DNA of 64,000 nt from Bacteroidota bacterium (GCA_023417785.1 JAEZEH010000077.1:2088-66087), one strand, 5' to 3'. Positions 31,018 through 41,442 are shown, counted from the first letter of the stretch. The notes: generated by a model from the sequence alone, not told the origin. Numbers and translations: made by a program.

Positions 31018-31794
31018 TTATTTCCTCACAACAAGCAGAAGATCAAGGGCGTCCACCATTTCCTGAACCACCAGATAATCTTCATGACGTATATCAGACA
31101 CTAATGCATCATTCCCTTTCTGGAGTTTGTTGCGATTCCATCGGTTGAGCAGCTCATACGGGATTCGCAACAAAGAAGCCGGAAGGCGATACTGGAGATT
31201 GAGAAAATCCAGTTTCGTGAATTTTTCAACGGACTTCCTATTCTGTTCGTAATATGCCATCACCTTGGCATTACCCGAAATTCCTTTCATTTCGACGGAT
31301 GCGAAAATGGAGGCGGCCAGATCCTGCAATTCATCGGGAAGATATTCTCTGATATGCCATGGATTCCGGGTAAGAGACATTTTGCGGTTCGGGGTAGTAA
31401 CGAGAGCCAGGCCACCAGGCCTCAAAACCCGATTGATCTCCTTCAGAAAAAGGCGGTCATCTTTGATGTGTTCAATTACTTGAAAACTGATCACCGTATC
31501 AAAGGCATTGTCCGGAATTCCATCAAAGGGAGGAATGTTCATACTGCGGAACGACGCTTCAGGAAACTTTGCCTTCAATTCTTCGATCACAGGGCCAATT
31601 TTGTCGATGGCAGTAAAGCTTGCAGACTTTGGAATAATCAGATCCAACCCCCGGCCCTCGCCACATCCGACTTCAAGAACGTCACCGTGAACATACTTTT
31701 GGGCCACAATGTAAGCCTTGTAGAGACGTTGATGAATAGGATTGTCGGACGGAATGTCTTCGCTGGTGATTTCGGTTGTGTATATCTTGGCCAT
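31018..31794 (-). CDS. Class I SAM-dependent methyltransferase
   Basis: Motif I VLEVGCGEGRG, and post-I/II motifs (DTVISFQVIEH, LRPGG). 258 aa. Confidence 0.8.
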   Translation of the reverse strand: MAKIYTTEITSEDIPSDNPIHQRLYKAYIVAQKYVHGDVLEVGCGEGRGLDLIIPKSASFTAIDKIGPVIEELKAKFPEASFRSMNIPPFDGIPDNAFDTVISFQVIEHIKDDRLFLKEINRVLRPGGLALVTTPNRKMSLTRNPWHIREYLPDELQDLAASIFASVEMKGISGNAKVMAYYEQNRKSVEKFTKLDFLNLQYRLPASLLRIPYELLNRWNRNKLQKGNDALVSDIRHEDYLVVQEMVDALDLLLVVRK

Positions 31795-31898
31795 GGTTGC
31801 CGTAAAAATAAGGTGACGCCCCCGATTAAGAAAATCCGAACAAATTAATCCACTAAACCGAAGGGCTTTGGGAAGGAACTATTTGGATAGTCTTTTCG

Positions 31899-31906
31899 TA
31901 CTTTTG
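31899..31906 (+). promoter_or_regulatory. Bacteroidota -7 promoter element (TACTTTTG) for the GWxTD gene
   Basis: Exact TAnnTTTG match, 28 nt upstream of ATG 31934. It lies inside the over-extended track ORF. Confidence 0.4.
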
Positions 31907-31933
31907 GAAACCTTGTGTAATTTTCGTCAGCAT

Positions 31934-33094
31934 ATGCGATTACTATTTCTGCTGCTACTTACGGCTCCTTTTTTCACAACGGCCCAGGCCCTTAGAGATA
32001 TAAATTACAGTTACCTGTATAATAACACTAACCCGATTACTTTCGAGTTCCAAACCGTTCGGGACGCCTCAAACTGGACAACGTCTTTTCAACTGATCCT
32101 AACCGACACGACACAAGAAGTCTCCGACTATGAGGTACATTTGGAAACGCGTTCATCGCTTGGCGAAAAAACAGGCAACCCGATACCACTCGATTCGGGA
32201 AGCTCGGGTTCGGTCAGAGATCGAATTTCCGGGCGGGTGTCGACCCCGGTACAACAACAACCCCTTATACTTGCCGCACGGGTAACCAATCGGGAGATCA
32301 ACCGGGCCTGGTATTATTTTACTATTCTGGAACCCAATTACCCTGTCAATATCGCGATGACCGCAAATGGTCAACCGCTGGTACATAAGTATGTGCCGGG
32401 GTCGGCTGATCTTTCTTTCGCCGGATCTCAGCGTATCTCGGTGACTTATTACGACGACGTCTTTCCGCCGGCACCTTTGCCCTTTTCAGAGCAGCTTGGG
32501 CGGGTATCAAGAGGAATGAATATCGATTCTTCCTTCCAGGTCGCTCCGGGCGAATCGTTCACTCTGGAACAACCCGGGCTCTATCTGCTTCAAACGGATA
32601 CCACCGTTGCGGAGGGGCTTGCGTTCCGGGTTGATGGTGACTATCCGCGATATCGCAGGGTTGAAAATCTCGCTGACCCGCTAATCTATATTTGTACGAA
32701 ACAGGAGTTTAGCCGGATTAAACAGGCTCGTGGCGATAAACGAGCATTCGATCGGGTGATTCTTAGCATTACGAAAGACGCAGAGCGCGCCAAAACGCTC
32801 ATGCGAAACTACTTCCGCCGCGTTGAGCAGGCTAACACGTATTTCTCTTCATACAAGGAGGGCTGGAAAACGGATCGCGGAATGATATTGATCATATTCG
32901 GACAACCATCTGAAGTTTACCGTCTCGGGGACCGCGAAATATGGAATTATAAGAATGAATCGTATAAGCTTTCCCTGGAATTTGTAAAGTCGCCGTCTCT
33001 CTTTGATCCTGACAATTATGTTCTTATCAGAAGCAAAAAGTATGAGCAAGCCTGGTACGAGGTAGTAGACCTGTGGCGAAACTCCCGCTATTAA
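31934..33094 (+). CDS. GWxTD domain-containing protein
   Basis: Signal peptide MRLLFLLLLTAPFFTTAQA. C-terminal GWKTDRGMILIIFGQPSEVYR motif characteristic of the GWxTD family. Confidence 0.8.
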   Translation: MRLLFLLLLTAPFFTTAQALRDINYSYLYNNTNPITFEFQTVRDASNWTTSFQLILTDTTQEVSDYEVHLETRSSLGEKTGNPIPLDSGSSGSVRDRISGRVSTPVQQQPLILAARVTNREINRAWYYFTILEPNYPVNIAMTANGQPLVHKYVPGSADLSFAGSQRISVTYYDDVFPPAPLPFSEQLGRVSRGMNIDSSFQVAPGESFTLEQPGLYLLQTDTTVAEGLAFRVDGDYPRYRRVENLADPLIYICTKQEFSRIKQARGDKRAFDRVILSITKDAERAKTLMRNYFRRVEQANTYFSSYKEGWKTDRGMILIIFGQPSEVYRLGDREIWNYKNESYKLSLEFVKSPSLFDPDNYVLIRSKKYEQAWYEVVDLWRNSRY

Positions 33095-33109
33095 TTTTGC
33101 TTTCAATCG

Positions 33110-33832
33110 ATGGCGACTCTTCCAAACCTTTTTATAGTCCCTACACCTATCGGCAACCTGGGAGATATTACACTTCGCGCACTGGAGACGCTGAAAACAG
33201 TAGACGTGATTCTGGCTGAGGATACGCGCACGTCGGGATTTCTGCTGAAGCACTACCAGATAGATAAGCCGTTACAAAGCTTTCACAACTTCAATGAGCA
33301 TCGTATTCTTGAAAAGATGGTTGCACGCATGGAAGCCGGTGAACGCATGGCATTGGTAAGCGATGCCGGCACGCCTGGAATCTCTGATCCTGGTTTCCTT
33401 ATAATTCGGGCCGCACTTCAGGCAGGCCTGTCGGTAGAGTGTCTCCCCGGCGCGACGGCATTCGTACCCGCTTTGGTAAAATCCGGATTGCCATGTAACC
33501 GATTCACATTTGAAGGATTTCTTCCTCATAAAAAAGGTCGACAAACAGCCATACGAAATCTCGTCGATGAAAAAAGAACAATGATCTTCTATGAATCACC
33601 CTATCGTCTGGTGAAAACCCTCGAACAGTTCAAGGAGCAATTCGGAAGTGAAAGACTGGCTTCGGTATCAAGGGAGCTTACGAAGAAGTTCGAGGAGACG
33701 GTTAACGGAACGCTGCAAGAACTACTTGCCCATTTCTCCAGCAAGGACGTGAAGGGTGAGATCGTAATCGTGGTTGCCGGGAAAGATTATGCCTTGAATG
33801 AAGGTGACCCTACGCCGGATGAAACCGAATAA
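33110..33832 (+). CDS. rsmI: 16S rRNA (cytidine1402-2'-O)-methyltransferase
   Basis: N-terminal LFIVPTPIGNLGDITLRALETLK..ILAEDTR tetrapyrrole-methylase-fold signature. 240 aa. Confidence 0.92.
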   Translation: MATLPNLFIVPTPIGNLGDITLRALETLKTVDVILAEDTRTSGFLLKHYQIDKPLQSFHNFNEHRILEKMVARMEAGERMALVSDAGTPGISDPGFLIIRAALQAGLSVECLPGATAFVPALVKSGLPCNRFTFEGFLPHKKGRQTAIRNLVDEKRTMIFYESPYRLVKTLEQFKEQFGSERLASVSRELTKKFEETVNGTLQELLAHFSSKDVKGEIVIVVAGKDYALNEGDPTPDETE

Positions 33833-33897
33833 ACTATTGGTTTTTATGGTATTCCGGATTACATTCAAAATCTTTAACAAATCTCAATGAGAAGACA

Positions 33898-34695
33898 ATG
33901 GATTATCAGCTAATCAGGAACGAGGTTATCAGGATTTGTGAACACGTGGGTGAATTCATCCGAAAAGAAGCTGAGGTTTTCGACCATTCTCGGATCGAAC
34001 AGAAAACATCGTTCAATAATCTTGTGTCGTACGTCGATAAGGAAGCTGAAAAAATGCTCGTCTCTTCACTAAAGAAAATTGTTCCGGAAGCCGGGTTCAT
34101 TACCGAAGAAGGAACCGTCGAGCAAGGCGCGCAGGTCGATTATCATTGGGTGATCGATCCGCTGGACGGAACTACCAACTATCTCCATGGTATGCCGGTA
34201 TACGCCATTAGCGTGGCGCTGACTTTCAGGAACGAACCAGTTGTCGGAGTGATTTATCACATTGTTACACGCGAAACTTTCCATGCCGTTACCGGTGATA
34301 ACGCCTATTGTAATAATAGACGCATTCAGGTTTCGGACGTTCCTATAATCAGTGAAAGCCTGCTGGCAACAGGGTTCCCTTATCACCAAAATGAAAAAGC
34401 CTCAGCCTATCTGGATATCATAAAGCTGTTTCTTGAAAAAACCCATGGAATTCGTCGGCTAGGCAGCGCTGCGATTGATCTGGCTTACGTCGCCTGCGGG
34501 AGGCTTGAAGGGTTTTTCGAATATAATTTAAACCCGTGGGACGTTGCCGCTGGCATCCTGATCGTAAGACAGGCCGGTGGAGCTGTAAGCGACTTCAAGG
34601 GAGGCAACAATATGTTGCACGGAAAAGAATTATGCGCAACCAACGGCAAGATTCAAAAAGAAATGCTCGCCGTGATCGAACAGCATTGGAAATAA
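33898..34695 (+). CDS. suhB: Inositol monophosphatase family protein (SuhB-like)
   Basis: WVIDPLDGTTNY and the downstream GSAAIDLAYVACG and WD motifs. 265 aa. Confidence 0.88.
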   Translation: MDYQLIRNEVIRICEHVGEFIRKEAEVFDHSRIEQKTSFNNLVSYVDKEAEKMLVSSLKKIVPEAGFITEEGTVEQGAQVDYHWVIDPLDGTTNYLHGMPVYAISVALTFRNEPVVGVIYHIVTRETFHAVTGDNAYCNNRRIQVSDVPIISESLLATGFPYHQNEKASAYLDIIKLFLEKTHGIRRLGSAAIDLAYVACGRLEGFFEYNLNPWDVAAGILIVRQAGGAVSDFKGGNNMLHGKELCATNGKIQKEMLAVIEQHWK

Positions 34696-34742
34696 ACTTA
34701 TACCAAACTAAACATACGTTTTAATCACCTAGATCCTCCGTT

Positions 34743-37553
34743 ATGAAAAACAAATTCCTCCTTAGCATTATCACATTTTTACTTATTACAAGTTGGGCAC
34801 ATGCCCAGCAGAACTTGGACGAAAAACTCCCTGTCGACCCGAAAGTTAAAACCGGCAAGTTGAAAAACGGCCTCACCTATTATATCCGGCATAATTCAAG
34901 GCCGGAAAATAAAGTGGAACTCCGGCTTGTCGTGAATGCCGGCTCTATTCTGGAAGATGATGACCAGCAAGGTCTGGCGCACTTTACTGAACATATGGCG
35001 TTCAACGGGACAAAGAACTTTCAGAAAAATGACCTCGTATCTTTCCTTCAATCCATAGGTGTCGAATTCGGTGCTGACCTGAATGCATACACGGGCTTTG
35101 ATGAAACCGTATACATTCTTCCAATTCCAACGGAGAAAAAAGAAAATGTCGAGAAGGGATTCCAGATTCTTGAAGACTGGGCCAGTACTATTGGTTTCGA
35201 GGATGCCGAAATTGATAAGGAACGCGGTGTCGTACTGGAAGAATCCCGCATTGGAAAGGGCGCTCAGGACCGCATGTTCCGCGCCGTCTATCCGAAGTTG
35301 TTCGAAGGATCAAAATACGCCGAAAGACTTCCCATCGGAAAGGATGAAATTCTGAAGAATTTCAAGTACGACGTGATCAAACGTTTTTACCGCGATTGGT
35401 ACCGGCCCGATCTGATGGCCGTAGTTGTCGTTGGCGACCTCGACCCCGCAGAAGCTGAAACCTACATCAGAAAACATTTCGAACATCTCAAGAACCCGGC
35501 AAATCCACGGCCGCGCGAGGAGGCAAGTGTTCGCGGACGAACCAAATCAGAAGGCATTGTAGTTACCGACCCTGAAGCGACGAATCACGTTGTCGAAGTA
35601 CATTATTCTTATAAGAAAGAAAAGAAAGAAGAAACGATTGGGGATTATCGTGAATATCTTGTGAGGAGATTGTTTACTTCAATGCTTAGCCAGCGCATGC
35701 AGGAGTTGACACAAAAGGCAGAACCACCTTTCGTTTTCGGAGGAACTTTCATCGGCGGATATGCCAGGGGTTATGAAGAGTTTCAAAGTCTGGCGTACCT
35801 CGGCCAGGGGGGCGTTGAACCCGCGTTGAACGCCCTGATAGTCGAGAACGAACGCGCCCGCAAATTCGGTTTCACCGAACCCGAACTTGAACGCACCAGG
35901 AAAATGTTGCTTAAATCAATTGAACGGAGTTATAACGAACGGGATAAGACCGAGTCCGGAAACCTGGTGGATGAATACGTTCGACACTTTCTTTCACACG
36001 AGCCCATTCCAGGAATTGAAAACGAATTCAAATACTACAATGATTTCATTGAACGGATATCACTCGAAGAAGTGAACAAGTATGCCGCGGCCACAGTACC
36101 AGCAGACACTGAGAACAAACTCGTTGTCCTCACCGGACCTGAAAAAGCCAGTTTCGAAATCCCTACCGGTGAAGAGTTGCTTGCGATGGCCGAAAAAGCT
36201 GCGCAAGCAGAGGTGCTTGCCTATGAGGAAAAATCCGTTGCCGCCGCGTTGATGGAATCGCTCCCGACGGCTGGAAAAATTACGGCTGAAAAACAAAACA
36301 AGGCAATAGGAACCACTGAGCTGACTCTCGGGAACGGTGTAAAAGTCATTCTCAAGCCAACCGATTTCAAGAATGATCAGGTGGTAATGAGTGCGACCCG
36401 CTTCGGAGGACAGTATCTTTTTGATGTAAAGGATCGCTTCAGCGCGGAGTATGCGTCAACGGTTGTCGGTCAAATGGGCATTGGTGATTTTTCGCCCGTA
36501 GATCTAAGGAAAGTCCTGGCCGGAAAAAATGCCAATGTTTCTCCGCGGCTCGGCCCCATCTCAGAAACACTTAGCGGGGGCAGCAGCGCCAATGATATTG
36601 AGGCGATGCTTCAACTGGTTCACCTTTACTTTACAGCTCCGCGCGAAGACAAGGAATTATTTCAGTCTTTTGTTTCCAAGCAACAGGCCCTCTACCAGAA
36701 TATGATGTCGGATCCGCAATTCACGTTTCAGGATTCAATTGTTAAAATTCTGTACAAGAACCATCCATGGGCACCGCAGTTGCCACGACCTGAAAACTTT
36801 GCACAAATCGACCTTGAGAAATCAATGAGGATGTACCGTGAACGTTTTGGGGATGCCAGCGGATTCACCTTTGTGTTAGTCGGAAAATTCGACGTTGCGG
36901 AAATCAAACCTTTGCTCGCCACTTACCTTGGAAGCCTCCCCGCCAAGGGTGCAAAGCCGGCGTATAAAGATTCAGGTGTTCGGCCTGTTAAAGGTGTCGT
37001 AAAGAAAGAAGTGAAGAAAGGTACTGAACAGAAAAGCTTTATCCGGATGTTCTGGAACGGGGAAGCACCATATTCTCCCGAGGAGCAGCTGAAGCTTCAG
37101 GCGCTGACTGAAGTGATGAACATCAAGTTGATTGAAAACCTTCGTGAAGAACTTGGTAGCATTTACGGTGGAGGAATGTTTGGTAATCTTAGCAAGCATC
37201 CCTACAACAGTTTCAGTCTGGGCGTATCGTTGCCTTGTGGACCGGAGAATGTTGACGCGTTGATTAAGGCCACTCATGAACAAATTGAAAAGATGAAAGC
37301 CAGCGGACCTTCGGAGGATGACCTGAACAAAGTGAAGGAAACGTGGCGCCAGCAGCATGAGGTCAACTTGAAAGACAACTCATTCTGGGCGCGCCAGTTA
37401 ATCCAGAGTATTGAAACCGGAACGGATCCGGAGCGCGTCCTGACTTTCGAAGAGCGGGTGAAAGCGCTTACACCAAAAGATGTACAGGCTACGGCGAAGA
37501 AATATCTCGATATGAAGAACTACGTACAGGTGGTGCTGTATCCGGAAAAATAA
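34743..37553 (+). CDS. M16 family zinc peptidase (fused two-half insulinase-type), secreted
   Basis: Signal peptide. Intact HxxEH motif (GLAHFTEHMAFNGT). 936 aa with a duplicated M16 architecture. Confidence 0.88.
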   Translation: MKNKFLLSIITFLLITSWAHAQQNLDEKLPVDPKVKTGKLKNGLTYYIRHNSRPENKVELRLVVNAGSILEDDDQQGLAHFTEHMAFNGTKNFQKNDLVSFLQSIGVEFGADLNAYTGFDETVYILPIPTEKKENVEKGFQILEDWASTIGFEDAEIDKERGVVLEESRIGKGAQDRMFRAVYPKLFEGSKYAERLPIGKDEILKNFKYDVIKRFYRDWYRPDLMAVVVVGDLDPAEAETYIRKHFEHLKNPANPRPREEASVRGRTKSEGIVVTDPEATNHVVEVHYSYKKEKKEETIGDYREYLVRRLFTSMLSQRMQELTQKAEPPFVFGGTFIGGYARGYEEFQSLAYLGQGGVEPALNALIVENERARKFGFTEPELERTRKMLLKSIERSYNERDKTESGNLVDEYVRHFLSHEPIPGIENEFKYYNDFIERISLEEVNKYAAATVPADTENKLVVLTGPEKASFEIPTGEELLAMAEKAAQAEVLAYEEKSVAAALMESLPTAGKITAEKQNKAIGTTELTLGNGVKVILKPTDFKNDQVVMSATRFGGQYLFDVKDRFSAEYASTVVGQMGIGDFSPVDLRKVLAGKNANVSPRLGPISETLSGGSSANDIEAMLQLVHLYFTAPREDKELFQSFVSKQQALYQNMMSDPQFTFQDSIVKILYKNHPWAPQLPRPENFAQIDLEKSMRMYRERFGDASGFTFVLVGKFDVAEIKPLLATYLGSLPAKGAKPAYKDSGVRPVKGVVKKEVKKGTEQKSFIRMFWNGEAPYSPEEQLKLQALTEVMNIKLIENLREELGSIYGGGMFGNLSKHPYNSFSLGVSLPCGPENVDALIKATHEQIEKMKASGPSEDDLNKVKETWRQQHEVNLKDNSFWARQLIQSIETGTDPERVLTFEERVKALTPKDVQATAKKYLDMKNYVQVVLYPEK

Positions 37554-37571
37554 TCCAACGATGGGAGATAA

Positions 37572-37608
37572 AGCGGGACCTTACTAAAATAGGGACCCGC
37601 TCTTTTTT
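37572..37608 (+). terminator. Rho-independent terminator after the M16 peptidase gene (between convergent genes)
   Basis: AGCGGG...CCCGCT stem followed by TCTTTTTT. Confidence 0.55.
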
Positions 37609-37614
37609 GGTTTA

Positions 37615-40011
37615 TCATTCGTAGCGCAGAGACTTGACAGGGTTAGCGACGGCAGCACGGAATGATTTGTATCCAACCGTTGTAAGCGCGATCACTATGG
37701 TTACAAGAAGGGCCGTTAAGAAAATTGATGGACTCAAGGGAATACGGTAGGCAAATTCGTTCAGAAATTGTTCCATTACAAACCATCCCAACGGGATAGC
37801 TAACAGAAATCCAACAAGGATCAATCTCACATAGCTCCATCCGAACGTAATCAGTATATTTTCCACTGAGGCTCCGAGTACCTTTCTGACACCAATTTCC
37901 TTCGTTTTTTGATTTGTCATGAACGATACCAGACCAAACAGTCCAAGGCAACCGATGAATATTGCAATAGACGTAAACAATGTGAGAAGGCTTGTTATTC
38001 TGCGTTGGCCATCGTAAAAAGATCGTATGTTTTCTTCCAGGAAGGTGTATTCAAACAATTGATCGGGATAGGCTTCTTCCCAGCGCTGCTTTACAGCTTC
38101 AACTACTTCCGCCACATGCGTCGTGTTAACTTTGATAGCCATCGTTTTGTAGTGTCGCGCGCTGTTGAAAAGCAACGTGGGCTCAATCTTGTTTTGCAGC
38201 GAAGCTGTGTTGAAGTCTTTCACGACTCCAAGCACCGGATAGTCTCGCCGGTAAAGCGTTACCATCGTACCAACAAGGTCCTCCGGATTCTCAAAGCCGG
38301 AGAGCCTGGCGAAACTTTCATTGGCCACCACGCCGCTGAGCGTGTCGCGATCTTCAACATTTCGGCCTGCCAATAGCTTCAGCCTGAATACATCGAGGTA
38401 ATCATCATCCACTTGTTTGTACTGAGTGGTGTACTCGTTGGCATCACCTTGTAAAAGAAATCCGGTTTTGTTCACCTCTCCCGAAAAAGGTGCCGCACTC
38501 CCCAGCGCAATCCCTTCAATTCCCGCGAGCCCGGATAACTCCGCCTTTAACGTTTTTCTTATACTAATATTTTGTTCATTATTTCCCTGACCACCAGGCA
38601 TGGGCACAACAAGAATCGCATCCTTAACGAAACCGAGGTCTTTTTCGAGAAAGAAATCTGTCTGCCGGATCAAGACAATCGTTCCGATAATAAAGAACTG
38701 TGAAATAAAAAACTGAAAGACCACCAAAGCGCTTCGCAGGTAAAAACCGCCGGAAGCTTTGTTGGCGATCTTGTTCTTGAGAGCCAGCGCCGGACTATAC
38801 GATGATACAACCATTGCCGGATAGAACCCCGAGAATAGCGAAACGAAAACCAGAATCACCACCAGGAACACTATCATGGTCGGGTTCGAAGCAAGATCGA
38901 GATTAAGGTTCAGCCCAAGAAAAGGGTTGACAAAGCTCAACGCAAGTTGAGTCAGGGCCAGCGAACATACCATAGCGATACAGGTAACGAGGGTAGTTTC
39001 ACCCAGAAATTGAAACACCAGTTGCATACGCGTACTTCCCATTGTTTTTCTTACACCAACTTCCTTCGAACGTTTTATGGCATCGGCGGTGGCGAGGTTG
39101 ATGAAATTTATACATGCGGTGAGTACCAGTATAGCTGCAATAACGCCCAGCACGTATAGCATCGGCCTGGGGATCGTTTGATATGTATACGTTTCAAAGC
39201 GGGTATCGAAATGGAAGTCGGTCAGCGGAAACACCAGGAACTGCCCTTTGTGATCATCGCCGCGGTACTTTTTGGTAAACGGTAACAACCGCGCCTGAAC
39301 ATCCTCAATGCGTTTATTCTCTTTCAACAGGAAATAGCAATGTTCGTCACTCCAGATGCTGTTCCAGCCTTTCTCGTCGTTGCGCGTTTTAACGGTTATG
39401 TAGGATAACATCAAATCGAAGGGCAGATCGGTATTCTCGGGCGGATTGGTCATCACAGCGGAAATACTATAGCTGTGATCGCCGAACTCAATAACCTTTC
39501 CCAAAACATCCGTGGTATTGAAATACTTCGCAGCAAGGCGAGTCGAAATAACAGCCTTGTTCGGCTCGTCAAGTGACGTTTGCGCATCCCCGGCCAGAAT
39601 AGGCTGGTCGAATATTCTGAAATAGGCGGATTCGCCAAAGACCACACCGCCCTCCTCTACGTATTTTGCATCCGGTTTTCCGGGTTGTGGTACGCGTATC
39701 AGGGCATTGGCCCTATATGATGTAAACAAAACCTCTTCGGCCTCCGGGAAATCGTTCGTAAACGCATCGCGCAGCGGCGCAGCTACTCCCGCGTGGAACG
39801 TCATATTCCCATTATCCTCTCCTTGATATACGATTCGGTAGATCCGGTCCTTTTTCTTATGATATTGGTCAAAACTGGAATGGTGAGAGATCAGGAGCAT
39901 CAGAATGATACTGCATGTGATCCCCAAGGTGAGCCCGGAGAGGTTTAACAAGGCACTCGTTTTTTCGCGGAACAGATTGCGAAAAGCACTTTTTAGATAG
40001 TTTCTGATCAT
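37615..40011 (-). CDS. FtsX/MacB-type ABC transporter permease (two FtsX domains)
   Basis: 798 aa. N-terminal TM helix plus a large periplasmic domain, repeated twice, with C-terminal FtsX helices. No ATPase gene is adjacent. Confidence 0.85.
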   Translation of the reverse strand: MIRNYLKSAFRNLFREKTSALLNLSGLTLGITCSIILMLLISHHSSFDQYHKKKDRIYRIVYQGEDNGNMTFHAGVAAPLRDAFTNDFPEAEEVLFTSYRANALIRVPQPGKPDAKYVEEGGVVFGESAYFRIFDQPILAGDAQTSLDEPNKAVISTRLAAKYFNTTDVLGKVIEFGDHSYSISAVMTNPPENTDLPFDLMLSYITVKTRNDEKGWNSIWSDEHCYFLLKENKRIEDVQARLLPFTKKYRGDDHKGQFLVFPLTDFHFDTRFETYTYQTIPRPMLYVLGVIAAILVLTACINFINLATADAIKRSKEVGVRKTMGSTRMQLVFQFLGETTLVTCIAMVCSLALTQLALSFVNPFLGLNLNLDLASNPTMIVFLVVILVFVSLFSGFYPAMVVSSYSPALALKNKIANKASGGFYLRSALVVFQFFISQFFIIGTIVLIRQTDFFLEKDLGFVKDAILVVPMPGGQGNNEQNISIRKTLKAELSGLAGIEGIALGSAAPFSGEVNKTGFLLQGDANEYTTQYKQVDDDYLDVFRLKLLAGRNVEDRDTLSGVVANESFARLSGFENPEDLVGTMVTLYRRDYPVLGVVKDFNTASLQNKIEPTLLFNSARHYKTMAIKVNTTHVAEVVEAVKQRWEEAYPDQLFEYTFLEENIRSFYDGQRRITSLLTLFTSIAIFIGCLGLFGLVSFMTNQKTKEIGVRKVLGASVENILITFGWSYVRLILVGFLLAIPLGWFVMEQFLNEFAYRIPLSPSIFLTALLVTIVIALTTVGYKSFRAAVANPVKSLRYE

Positions 40012-40052
40012 AAAATAAGTGAACCGTCAACGCCCAAAGGCGAAGGAAGTGC

Positions 40053-40060
40053 CAAATGTA
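40053..40060 (-). promoter_or_regulatory. Bacteroidota -7 promoter element (TACATTTG) for the permease gene
   Basis: Exact TAnnTTTG match on the minus strand, 42 nt upstream of the ATG. Confidence 0.4.
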
Positions 40061-40189
40061 AGATCTTCGTTTTCTCCGCGGAGAGGCGGATTGACGCATG
40101 CCGGGTGTACATATTCTTTAAAATTCGTCCGATTGCGGACGATTCGCGAACCAATTCCTTCGCCGAACGGTTAAGCTGAAAAAGAATCT

Positions 40190-40197
40190 TATTTTTG
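40190..40197 (+). promoter_or_regulatory. TAnnTTTG motif (TATTTTTG) immediately upstream of the micro-ORF
   Basis: Exact motif, but only 4 nt before ATG 40202. Either the transcript is essentially leaderless or the match is fortuitous. Confidence 0.3.
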
Positions 40198-40201
40198 GGT
40201 C

Positions 40202-40369
40202 ATGCTACAGAGTCTCATCGTTCTGCTGATTTTCCTTGGAGCACTCGCGTATGTGGGGCGGATGGTTTACCGAAGCTTCCAAAGTCGTTCCGGCTGTTCG
40301 CAAGGATGTGGTAAATGTGCGATAGACTTTGACAAGATTTCGCGGGACCTTCAAAACAGAAAAGCCTGA
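40202..40369 (+). CDS. Small Cys-rich membrane protein (55 aa), resembling the FeoB-associated Cys-rich membrane protein family. Absent from the ORF track because it is shorter than 60 aa.
   Basis: My translation: MLQSLIVLLIFLGALAYVGRMVYRSFQSRSGCSQGCGKCAIDFDKISRDLQNRKA. It has one N-terminal TM helix followed by GCxxGCxxC. The stop at 40367-40369 abuts the stop of the convergent rSAM gene. Confidence 0.5.
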   Translation: MLQSLIVLLIFLGALAYVGRMVYRSFQSRSGCSQGCGKCAIDFDKISRDLQNRKA

Positions 40370-41392
40370 TCAGGCCCACACCTTAGTTCCTTCCGTACAA
40401 TTCCGGCATATTTCAATTTCGTTACGCGAGCCCAGCAAGGTGGAACGAAACGTCCTGTATTTTTCACTTAGCCAGATTTCCCGGAACGGTTGCTTATTGA
40501 GATCGCCCATTTGAAATTGTGCATCCTTATCAAAGCAGCAGGGCACCACTTTTCCATCCCACGTAACAACGCTACTGTGCCACATCTTCCAGCAGTGATT
40601 AAGTAAACTGCTCTTTATCCGATAGCGCCCATCTGATCCTTTCGAATAGCGCGAGTACTTCTCATTCATGGGTATGAAGGGTGATCCTTTTTCGAATTCG
40701 TATATCTGCGCCGTTTTTAAGACTACCTCATCAATGCCTATGTGTTTGGCCAGCTTGTAAACCTCTGGTATCTCGTGTTCATTCTGTCTTACCACCAGGA
40801 ATTGAAAGACTACATGCGGCGTTTTTGATTTCATCTTCCTTTTCCATTCAATAATTTTCGCCGCGCCGTCGAGCACTTTCTGCAATGAACCTCCTACGCG
40901 GTAGGATTCATACGTCGCCTGCGTTGTCCCATCAATTGAGATAATGAGTCTGTCCAACCCTGAGGCTATTGTTTTCTCTGCCGTATCATCTTTGAGGAAA
41001 TGTCCATTCGTGGATGTGGCCGTATAAATTCCCTGCGAAGATGCGTAGCCAACCATATCGGTAAAAGCCGGATGAAGATAGGGCTCGCCCTGAAAGTAAA
41101 AGGTAAGCCACGTCAACGTGTCCTTCAGCTCGTCTATCGTTTGCCGGAAAAGCCCTTCACCCAGCATGCCCGTAGGGCGGGTAAAAGACCTCAGACCGCT
41201 CGGGCACTCCGGACATCTCAGGTTACAGGAGGTAGTGGGCTCTATGGAAAGGGCAATGGGTAACCCATTGATCTGGGGCCGACCCGTGGCCCGCGATTGA
41301 TAAAAGCTGGTCAAAACCCGAAATGCGTTAACGGATTTTTTCACCGTCAACTTTGATGCTAAATTAATCTGGTCGGTCCATCGTCCGGGCAT
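40370..41392 (-). CDS. Radical SAM enzyme with a C-terminal SPASM domain
   Basis: CNLRCPECPSG (CxxxCxxC) and C-terminal SPASM cysteines (CWKMW..., PCCFD, CRNC). 340 aa. Confidence 0.85.
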   Translation of the reverse strand: MPGRWTDQINLASKLTVKKSVNAFRVLTSFYQSRATGRPQINGLPIALSIEPTTSCNLRCPECPSGLRSFTRPTGMLGEGLFRQTIDELKDTLTWLTFYFQGEPYLHPAFTDMVGYASSQGIYTATSTNGHFLKDDTAEKTIASGLDRLIISIDGTTQATYESYRVGGSLQKVLDGAAKIIEWKRKMKSKTPHVVFQFLVVRQNEHEIPEVYKLAKHIGIDEVVLKTAQIYEFEKGSPFIPMNEKYSRYSKGSDGRYRIKSSLLNHCWKMWHSSVVTWDGKVVPCCFDKDAQFQMGDLNKQPFREIWLSEKYRTFRSTLLGSRNEIEICRNCTEGTKVWA

Positions 41393-41442
41393 ACGGGCAA
41401 GATCAGGAATTGTCGTTATCTTTCGAAAGCGTCTTGAAAATT

